DNA from: Candidatus Saccharimonadota bacterium
GTDB taxonomy: Bacteria; Patescibacteriota; Microgenomatia; UBA1406; GWC2-37-13
Assembly: GCA_016699265.1 (NCBI GenBank)
Contig: CP064967.1
Coordinates: 570,001-602,000 of the forward strand
Length of the DNA: 32,000 nt
Direction of reading: 5' to 3'
The first letter of the stretch is position 1; the number at the start of each line of letters is the position of its first letter. A program made the position numbers and the translations under genes. Positions 25,131 through 32,000 of this stretch are shown piece after piece. The notes beneath the pieces were generated by a model. That model saw only the letters and a list, made by a program, of their open reading frames with translations. It made no database searches and was not told the origin of the DNA.

Positions 25131-25134
25131 GAAC

Positions 25135-27378
25135 TTATGGTGTTGGAGTTGGGGATGCTGGTATTCTACAGTTTACAGAGTTTTCTGTTCCGGCCATAAA
25201 GTATTCTACCTTACCGCCAATACAAGGCTTACTAACTACAGATTCTGGCTTATTAAACCAAGTATTTTGAGTACTGTAGTTCTTAAGAAGCATAGACATA
25301 ACTCGGTTCCAGATAGGCGCTGCTCCTGTAACTCCGGACGCTAATGCAGGATTCATTGGCGAATTATTGTTGTTTCCTACCCATACCGAAACCAGGAATT
25401 CAGGAGTGTATCCTATCGTCCAGTTGTCTTTTTTACTATCTGTTGTTCCAGTCTTAACTGCCACTTTGTATCCGGGTATCTCAAGTTGAGAATTTGGACC
25501 GAATGCTGACTGTCGTGCTACATTATCAGAAAGTATATCGGTAATCACATATGCGGATGCTGAACTAAGTACAGGTCTTTTTTTTGGTTCATGTTCGTAA
25601 AGTTTGTCACTATCTAAACTTAATACGGAGTTAATCGGGTCTAGATCAACACGATAGCCAAGGTTTGCAAAGGTTCCATACGATCTAGCCATATCCAACA
25701 TAGTAACCTCACCACCACCAAGAGTTAAGGACAGACCGTACTGCGACGAATCAATCCATGTGGAAATTCCCAGTTGTCTCGCATGTTCTATAAAGGAATT
25801 TACTCCTAACTGATTTAAGGTTTTAACAGCTGGAATATTATAAGAATTTGCAAGCGCCGATCTCAGAGTCACTCTACCGTGAAATCTGCCGTCATAGTTT
25901 ACCGGACTGTATGATTCCGTATCAGAGATTCTAAAAACTACAGGTGAATCATCTATGGTAGTTGCGGCCGTCATGCCTTTTTCAAGTGCTAGGGAGTACA
26001 TTAACGGCTTAATCGAACTACCCGGCTGTCTTAGTGCTGTGGTGACATTAAAGGCACCGTTTGGAGAATTGAAATAGTCGATCGAGCCTACCATCGCTAT
26101 GATCTCGCCAGTTGAAGGTCTCGTGACAATTACAGCTCCATTCGTAACATTCAGTCCCGCAACCTTAGCAATTTCCTCTTGCAAAATATTCTGTACCTCA
26201 TCCTGAATAGACAGATCTAGAGATGTGTTGACCCTCAGACCTCCTTCCTCTACTGTTCTAATTCCAAATTTCTTTTCAAGTTCTCCCTTTACGTAAAATA
26301 CGAAATGGGGGGCATGTATAGATGTGGTGGAAGAAAAATTAGGCAGCGATTCTTGTTCGGCTGCGTTATACTGCTCTTTGGTAATATAAGACTGCTCAAG
26401 CATCTTTTTGAGCACCTCATTCCTTCTCTCAAAAGCAAACTTCGGGTTTGAAAAAGGTGAGTATATAGAAGGAGCTTGTGGTAATCCAGCTAAAAGCGCA
26501 GCTTCACTTAATTTAAGATCCTTTGCAGACTTACCAAAATATGCTTTTGAAGCCTCCTCTATTCCGTAGGCTGATCCGCCATACGCAACTTGATTTAGAT
26601 ACATCTCTAGAATTTTATCTTTCCCGTACAACCTCTCGGTCCATAGCGCCAATATCATTTCCTTGATCTTTCGTTCTATTGTGCGGTCCGGGCTGAGCAG
26701 TGCCGTTTTTACGAGTTGCTGAGTTATGGTTGATCCACCTTGCACCTGCTTAGTGAGGACAAACTCTTTAAAGGCACGAGCAATTCCTCCAATTGGAGAC
26801 ACGCCATTATGAGTAAAGAAGTCTTTATCCTCAATGGCAATTGATGCTTGATATACGTACGGTTTAAGTTCTTTAAGCTTCACGGGCGTTCTGTTTTGAT
26901 CTCTATAAAATTCATATAAAATCTTTCCGTTTCGATCGTAGATATGTGTTGATAGTGGGTAGTTTACCTTACCAATACTTCTCGGTGATGGGAGGGATTT
27001 TACCAGTAGATACGACTGATAGAACATGGTAAGAATTCCAGCGGTTAAAAAACCAATCAAGAAGAATCGTAGTTTGAGAAACGGAATCTGCTCCCCAGCA
27101 ATAGACCGTCTCACAATCTTTTTTTTTAGCTTGGTAAAGGTTTTTTTCTTTTTAGTGAATATTAGAAAGCTGGCAAATCTAAAGTGAGGCACCTTTATGC
27201 TAAAGTTTGGAAGTTTGGGGCTGTGAATGGTTCGTAGGATAGCTTGCCAAGCTCTCACACAGTATCGACCAAGAAAGTTTAGAAACTTGAAGGGCGCAAC
27301 TAAAATATATCGCGTTACATCGCCGATTAAGATGAAGAAATTGATCAGGCCGAATAGTATATAGTAAGTTAGCTTCAT
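25135..27378 (-). CDS. Class A penicillin-binding protein (GT51 transglycosylase plus transpeptidase)
   Basis: 747-aa ORF with EDKDFFTHNG, GGSTITQQL and RKIKE (GT51), and SSIKP, SYN and KTGTT (transpeptidase). The N-terminal region is hydrophobic. Confidence 0.93.
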   Translation of the reverse strand: MKLTYYILFGLINFFILIGDVTRYILVAPFKFLNFLGRYCVRAWQAILRTIHSPKLPNFSIKVPHFRFASFLIFTKKKKTFTKLKKKIVRRSIAGEQIPFLKLRFFLIGFLTAGILTMFYQSYLLVKSLPSPRSIGKVNYPLSTHIYDRNGKILYEFYRDQNRTPVKLKELKPYVYQASIAIEDKDFFTHNGVSPIGGIARAFKEFVLTKQVQGGSTITQQLVKTALLSPDRTIERKIKEMILALWTERLYGKDKILEMYLNQVAYGGSAYGIEEASKAYFGKSAKDLKLSEAALLAGLPQAPSIYSPFSNPKFAFERRNEVLKKMLEQSYITKEQYNAAEQESLPNFSSTTSIHAPHFVFYVKGELEKKFGIRTVEEGGLRVNTSLDLSIQDEVQNILQEEIAKVAGLNVTNGAVIVTRPSTGEIIAMVGSIDYFNSPNGAFNVTTALRQPGSSIKPLMYSLALEKGMTAATTIDDSPVVFRISDTESYSPVNYDGRFHGRVTLRSALANSYNIPAVKTLNQLGVNSFIEHARQLGISTWIDSSQYGLSLTLGGGEVTMLDMARSYGTFANLGYRVDLDPINSVLSLDSDKLYEHEPKKRPVLSSASAYVITDILSDNVARQSAFGPNSQLEIPGYKVAVKTGTTDSKKDNWTIGYTPEFLVSVWVGNNNNSPMNPALASGVTGAAPIWNRVMSMLLKNYSTQNTWFNKPESVVSKPCIGGKVEYFMAGTENSVNCRIPASPTPTP

Positions 27379-27384
27379 CCGCAG

Positions 27385-27413
27385 ATTATAACATAATTAG
27401 CCTCGAAATTCAA
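27385..27413 (-). promoter_or_regulatory. Sigma70-like promoter of the PBP gene
   Basis: On the minus strand: TTGAAT (27413-27408), 17 nt, TATAAT (27390-27385). The ATG at 27378 is 6 nt downstream. Confidence 0.55.
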
Positions 27414-27457
27414 TTATCAAGCTTAATAAAGAGTATATAGTATTGAGTATGTAGTAA

Positions 27458-28213
27458 TTAATCTCGAAGCTGATCAGGCGTCGATTTTAGCTTCGCCCTC
27501 ACCACTAGACGATTCCACCATGTGCCTGGTGGAACGCAGGTAACGAGGGTCAAAATAGACGAATCAGTAGTCTGATTGAGAACCGAGACCTGATCTGGCT
27601 TCACCACAAACATCTCGCTTACCACATAGTCGTAGGTTGTGTTTTGAAGATTTACCTTAATTACATCTCCCTCATTAAGAGATGGCAGGAAGGTGAAGAT
27701 TGTTTTGTAGTTGTTAACATTAAATAATTGCGGGAGACTCGAGTGACCGAAGATGACGGTATTCCCCACAGAACCAGGCATCGAAACTGGTTGGTAATGA
27801 ACTAGGCTCTTTGAAAGATCCTCTCCCCCTACACTCACCTTCGCATCGTAAATATTTATTTTAGGTATTGAAATACTGTAAGCTTTTGAAGGAGTCGTTG
27901 CAGAACTTACAACCTTTGCTACTGAAGGAAACCAAAGACTGGCTTGTGTGAAGTCTCTAAGATTATTGGAATACTTCGTGGAACTCCCGAGAACCTCATT
28001 ATCAAATCCTTGTGCTGTTATTCCCATCGATAACGGAACTGGCGAAGCTGAAATGTTGGGAAGAAAAAATCTAGAATAAATCTCAAAAGAGATAACTGGA
28101 TAAAAAGCCCAGAAAAGAATGAGCGTTCCAGTAGTAAGGGTGATATAAGAAATCATCTGCATAGCACGACGGGTTTTCGTTTTCTTTTCTTTTACATATT
28201 TATATAGAGCCAT
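27458..28213 (-). CDS. Sortase-family transpeptidase
   Basis: 251-aa ORF with an N-terminal TM helix, the catalytic His context VIFGHSS, the TLVTC Cys motif and a downstream Arg (RLVVRAK). Confidence 0.85.
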   Translation of the reverse strand: MALYKYVKEKKTKTRRAMQMISYITLTTGTLILFWAFYPVISFEIYSRFFLPNISASPVPLSMGITAQGFDNEVLGSSTKYSNNLRDFTQASLWFPSVAKVVSSATTPSKAYSISIPKINIYDAKVSVGGEDLSKSLVHYQPVSMPGSVGNTVIFGHSSLPQLFNVNNYKTIFTFLPSLNEGDVIKVNLQNTTYDYVVSEMFVVKPDQVSVLNQTTDSSILTLVTCVPPGTWWNRLVVRAKLKSTPDQLRD

Positions 28214-28218
28214 GTAAG

Positions 28219-30378
28219 TTATGGATAAAGCAGTCTTAACTTAATGTTGTTCGAGAACGGAGGTAGAATATTCTTAAATAAAGCAATTGGATGTTCAACC
28301 ACAAACTCCACACTTTGGGCATGATACCTATCTTTTGCAAGCTCCTGTAAAGCGCTAGTAGTCTTCCCTACCATCGAGCTTATCATTTCCTTTTCACCAT
28401 CGGGTGGCACTGCGCGCACTGTCGCTTTGATTAAAAGCTGAGTGACTCCATTTTTATTAGTAACACTGAGTATCTTGTAACTCAAATTTTTAGACTCAAC
28501 TACCAATCCTTTTTGAACCTTTGGCAGTAGTACCTTGATTAAGGAGAGCTTCAGTTTTTCTTTGCTTACATATGAATAAGTAACTACAACTTCTGCCTTC
28601 ACGGTTACCGACTCCGCCTCCGTCCCAACCGCCTTGTCAGCATTTTTGGACTGAATATCAATACCAGTTAAGGAACTGAGAAGTAATGCGTCTGAAGTGA
28701 GAGACTTTGCCACCTTATCTTTTGCAAACTGACGTGCTTTCTCTTTAATCTGCTCCTCAGATTTAGCTATATCTTTGTCCGAAACTACCTGGATCTGAGT
28801 TTTGGTACCTCCAGTAAAACTGCCATCATTCTTTGCTATTACAGATGAACCGGATTCATCGGCAACCGAAAATTTAGTACCTGAAGCAAGGTTTGATTCT
28901 GGTCCAATTACAGATGCTGTCACTGCAGACTTAACGGTACTAGACACAATATCTGCCGCATCTCCTGATGCAGAGGCTATTTTGACATCGGCATCAAGTG
29001 TAAAAGAAAGGTTTCCTGGTCCATTAATTACGGTGCCCTTGGAAAAGTTTTTACCCTGACTTAGACTACTGTTGTAGATAGTTACGGTACCTTTTGCAGG
29101 TTGCCCTATATTCTTTATTCCTGTGGCTGCTACCCGAGTGTCAAATTTAGCCGTTTCTGTCGCTACCAAAATGCCTACTGCGGTCGCATCAAACGATTTT
29201 GAAATCTCAAGTTTTTGGGACGGCAAAGTCATCGTGATAACGGCAGTATGCAGATTTAATTCCATTAAAAATGCGCCTATTAGAATAAGTAATATACCGA
29301 TAATTATTGAAGAATGTATAAAAAGTCTTCTGGACCGGAAAACCTTCAGCTTACTTAAGTGGGTAGAAATCTCAGAAAACTTCAGAAGAGCAGATCGTAC
29401 TAAACTCTCTACTGGGTTTCTGAATGCCGATTTTAGTAACTCTGATCGGCTTACTTCTTCTGAGTCTTCTCGATCTACTCCACCTATCTCAAATCCCATA
29501 CGTTCAGAAATGGTCGAGGTTGGAGCGCTTCTCGCTTCAGGTATATTTGTAGACTGGTCGAGCGCAAGTTCTTCGTCTAAATCTCCATCTTCAGATCCTT
29601 CAAGCTCACTCTTATTTTCCTGTCTCTGTGTAGGGCGATCCATTGGGACAGTTTGCATCTGTGTAGCGAAGGCATAAACAAGACCCTTTATCATATTGTC
29701 CTCAGTGGCGAGTGTAATGGAAGGTTGATGATTGAAGAGCCTGTCGTCCCAGGTATGCTCGACAAGATCTGCTCCCTCCTGATGATCTGTTGATGGAAGC
29801 ATAACTATTCGCGATGGAAGTACGTGACTTTCCTTAATCGATGCTAAGGTCTCGTTAAGGTCGTGGAGAAAGCTTTTCTTTCTCATTGTAGAAACCTGAG
29901 CTATGAGTTTTCCTGATTGATATATAAAAACAGTAAGGTTAGTCCGATCTGATTCTATTAGGAGTGCTGTTAACCCTTGATGATCTTTATCAAATAGATA
30001 CTTTAAATATGCTTCATGTACCTCTATGAATCCCATAGGTTTGAGCTCCATACTTTTTACAAGATTTTTAATGCTAGATAAATGTTGCTTCTTCAACTCA
30101 TGAGTTTCTGGTTCTACCAGATGCGAGTAAACAAAGAAGATGATATCATCAAAGGTTTTTTTAGTTCTTACCTCAAGTTTATACAAAGCATCGTCAACAT
30201 CATCTGCAAGATGATCCCATCTATTTGTTAGCGTAAACTTTTCGCTGTCAATCTTCACTAGATTTGAAGAATCCGAGTCTGACTCTAGGTACATAATTAC
30301 GCCATCGTTTTCACGAAGGAGAAGACCTATAAATCCTTTACTAGTTTTTTTTAAAAACGAAAACGGATTAAGGTTCAT
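28219..30378 (-). CDS. Hypothetical bitopic membrane protein (cytoplasmic N-domain, acidic linker, one TM helix, beta-rich extracellular C-domain)
   Basis: 719-aa ORF with an acidic linker (ELEGSEDGDLDEELALD), a TM helix (SSIIIGILLILIGAFLMEL), and a repetitive V/T/S-rich C-terminal half. It vaguely recalls baseplate-J-like domains annotated in CPR genomes, which I did not verify. Confidence 0.7.
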   Translation of the reverse strand: MNLNPFSFLKKTSKGFIGLLLRENDGVIMYLESDSDSSNLVKIDSEKFTLTNRWDHLADDVDDALYKLEVRTKKTFDDIIFFVYSHLVEPETHELKKQHLSSIKNLVKSMELKPMGFIEVHEAYLKYLFDKDHQGLTALLIESDRTNLTVFIYQSGKLIAQVSTMRKKSFLHDLNETLASIKESHVLPSRIVMLPSTDHQEGADLVEHTWDDRLFNHQPSITLATEDNMIKGLVYAFATQMQTVPMDRPTQRQENKSELEGSEDGDLDEELALDQSTNIPEARSAPTSTISERMGFEIGGVDREDSEEVSRSELLKSAFRNPVESLVRSALLKFSEISTHLSKLKVFRSRRLFIHSSIIIGILLILIGAFLMELNLHTAVITMTLPSQKLEISKSFDATAVGILVATETAKFDTRVAATGIKNIGQPAKGTVTIYNSSLSQGKNFSKGTVINGPGNLSFTLDADVKIASASGDAADIVSSTVKSAVTASVIGPESNLASGTKFSVADESGSSVIAKNDGSFTGGTKTQIQVVSDKDIAKSEEQIKEKARQFAKDKVAKSLTSDALLLSSLTGIDIQSKNADKAVGTEAESVTVKAEVVVTYSYVSKEKLKLSLIKVLLPKVQKGLVVESKNLSYKILSVTNKNGVTQLLIKATVRAVPPDGEKEMISSMVGKTTSALQELAKDRYHAQSVEFVVEHPIALFKNILPPFSNNIKLRLLYP

Positions 30379-30387
30379 AGGTATAGT

Positions 30388-31824
30388 CTACTTTGCTGAG
30401 GAAGGTAAAATCTTAAAATTCGTTAACACCTGATTTACCCCAGTCTCAGCAGTATTTAGCGCCTGCTCGTATGAGACTCCTTTAATTGTTTCATTAATTG
30501 CATTCTGCACATATCCAGATATCGAGTCGTTTAACCCTGAATCGTAGGTCCGAGTAATCATTGGAACTGAACGGAACACCCCTTCCCCCTGCGCTTGTTT
30601 AATTACAGCACCTAAATATTCATGTTTTACAAGAAGATCACCAAGATCCTGTCGAGAGTATGCTGTTCCGAAAAATCGCACCTTAGACTGGAGCTCAAAT
30701 ATCTTCGTTTCCGATTCCTTTTCAGATAGATACTTTAAAAACTTCCAAGCTTCAATTTGGTTTTTACTATACCTCGATACTCCCTCAACCCAGTAAGAAG
30801 CTATCGAAAGTGGCTTACTTCCTGGTATTACCGGTACAGGAACTACCTTCATAGAAAGATCGGGATTCATTGATTTAATCGTTAGGGCTTCCCAAGACGG
30901 GGCTATAATCATGGCTACTTTCTCCTGAGAGAATGCCTGAACTGAGTTTGGCATCTGCTCATCCCACGTTGCAGTATCTGACTCTGCAAATCGTCTATAG
31001 CTTTCCAGTGCTCCCGCAGCCTCTGGCCTGCTCAACTGAGCTACATCTCCGCCGTTTTGAGCAAGAAAAAGTCCAAAGATGTCTGAGTAGTGTTCTACAT
31101 TCGATGCAGTTCCTAATGCAATACCTGAGGTTACAATTCTTCCTGTTTGATTCTTAACGGTTAGCTTAGAGACGTCATCTAAAATATCTTCCCAACTTAC
31201 TGGTCCGGAAGCAATGCCTGCTTTTCTGAACAACTCCTGGTTGTACATTAAGACAAGTCCATCTACGCTTAATGGCATTCCATATGCACTGTCACTTATT
31301 ATAAGATCGCTACTATGTATGGGATAAAACAACTTCTTAAACTCACTTACAGACATGATGGTATTTGGCAATGGACTGAGAATGTCACGCATCTCTGGCA
31401 CCCAAGTGTTGTGAAAACGAAATATGTCTGGACCACTCCCATTTTTACTTCTTGCTACAACCTTTTCTCGATAGTCTGTCGGAACCATTTTCGTATATGT
31501 AATGGTTACGTTTGGGTTTTTTTTCTTATAGTCATCGATAAGAGGCTGCATAACATTCCTATCCTCCCACAGTCCCCAGTAACTCAGTGCAATAGCCTTT
31601 TCTGATCCAGACCCTTTCAGAAAGAAGCTAAGAAGCAGTCCAAAAATGACCACAAAAAATAGAACAGATCCTCCCACAATTACATATTTAATACCATGAT
31701 CAGAGTGCGGTTCAGGCATGGGAGCTGTTAAAGGAGATGCAGTCGGTTTTTGAATTGGTGGGACAAGCTCGGCAGGTACCTCCTCAGCTTGCAAAGGCTG
31801 TGGATTTATTTTATCATCAACCAT
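30388..31824 (-). CDS. ABC-transporter extracellular solute-binding protein (family 1-like), TM-anchored
   Basis: 478-aa ORF with an N-terminal Pro-rich segment and a TM helix (VIVGGSVLFFVVIFGLLLSFFL). The pattern LSYWGLWE ... YKKKNPNVTITY ... GSGPDIFRFHNTWVPE is typical of sugar-type SBPs. Confidence 0.75.
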   Translation of the reverse strand: MVDDKINPQPLQAEEVPAELVPPIQKPTASPLTAPMPEPHSDHGIKYVIVGGSVLFFVVIFGLLLSFFLKGSGSEKAIALSYWGLWEDRNVMQPLIDDYKKKNPNVTITYTKMVPTDYREKVVARSKNGSGPDIFRFHNTWVPEMRDILSPLPNTIMSVSEFKKLFYPIHSSDLIISDSAYGMPLSVDGLVLMYNQELFRKAGIASGPVSWEDILDDVSKLTVKNQTGRIVTSGIALGTASNVEHYSDIFGLFLAQNGGDVAQLSRPEAAGALESYRRFAESDTATWDEQMPNSVQAFSQEKVAMIIAPSWEALTIKSMNPDLSMKVVPVPVIPGSKPLSIASYWVEGVSRYSKNQIEAWKFLKYLSEKESETKIFELQSKVRFFGTAYSRQDLGDLLVKHEYLGAVIKQAQGEGVFRSVPMITRTYDSGLNDSISGYVQNAINETIKGVSYEQALNTAETGVNQVLTNFKILPSSAK

Positions 31825-31831
31825 ACGATTT

Positions 31832-32000
31832 ATGATACCAAATCAAGAGGCCGAACGCTCTCTCTATTATCATTCTGCAATGGCATTTGCACTGGTCGTT
31901 GTCGGAACAATGGGACTTATTGCTGCGTTTACTGTTTTAATGACCCAAAGAGTCGGATCGCGTATCTACCCAAACGTCTACATTAACTCATATAACGTGG
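31832..32000 (+). CDS. 5' end of a membrane-anchored protein running off the window (possibly VanW-like)
   Basis: ATG at 31832 opens a frame to the window end: MIPNQEAERSLYYHSAMAFALVVVGTMGLIAAFTVLMTQRVGSRIYPNVYINSYNV. It has a clear TM helix. The family is a guess from the RIYPNVYIN pattern. Confidence 0.45.
   Translation, partial: MIPNQEAERSLYYHSAMAFALVVVGTMGLIAAFTVLMTQRVGSRIYPNVYINSYNV

Noticed and set aside
31750-31986. 78-aa plus-strand ORF in the track spanning the SBP start region
   Set aside because: It overlaps the SBP N-terminus antisense and is Cys/Arg-rich. A different frame starting at 31832 gives a convincing TM-anchored N-terminus instead.
1-32000. Search for mobile elements, CRISPR arrays, defence systems, toxin-antitoxin pairs, reverse transcriptase/DGR components and rRNA
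   Set aside because: I recognised no transposase, integrase or reverse transcriptase motifs, no repeat-spacer arrays, no long direct or inverted repeats and no rRNA-like sequence. The only dispersed repeats seen are the short GC-rich hairpin elements reported above.

Overview
This is an AT-rich bacterial chromosomal segment, mostly minus-strand and tightly packed, with many ATGA start/stop overlaps. The gene content looks like a reduced monoderm genome of the CPR/Patescibacteria type. That assignment is inference only, based on membrane-anchored solute-binding proteins, a sortase, a class I LysRS, a truncated AlaRS, a CBS-less IMPDH and few Shine-Dalgarno sites.

Genes I recognise (family assignments come from remembered motifs, not from searches):
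- secA, nnrD, alaS, a DsbA-like oxidoreductase, tRNA-Glu(CUC) and greA.
- A T-box leader, followed by a 96-aa ORF and a class I lysyl-tRNA synthetase fused to a B3/4 domain, then an HD hydrolase.
- A near-complete de novo pyrimidine set: pyrB-carA-carB-(46-aa ORF)-(cupin-like ORF)-pyrC, then pyrD, pyrE and pyrF.
- A small EamA-type transporter, guaB, rdgB and serS.
- An envelope block: substrate-binding protein, a 719-aa membrane protein, a sortase and a class A PBP.

I saw no transposase, integrase, CRISPR array, rRNA or recognisable defence gene.

Main observations:
1. A 30-nt GC-rich double-hairpin element is inserted in frame three times, twice in secA and once in carB. Every substitution between the two full-length copies (4 of 30 positions) is a compensatory pair that keeps the stem intact. 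I could not name this element.
2. A canonical T-box antiterminator/terminator switch is joined to a non-canonical upstream region and controls a small unknown ORF plus the LysRS-B3/4 fusion.
3. First genes of transcription units have near-consensus -35/-10 boxes ending 5-9 nt before the ATG, which suggests leaderless mRNAs.
4. About 20 single-nucleotide frame disruptions are present. They are strongly clustered in pyrD and lysK, and others lie in alaS, nnrD, pyrC, carB and probably the tRNA. They look more like sequence errors than decay, but this cannot be settled from the sequence alone.
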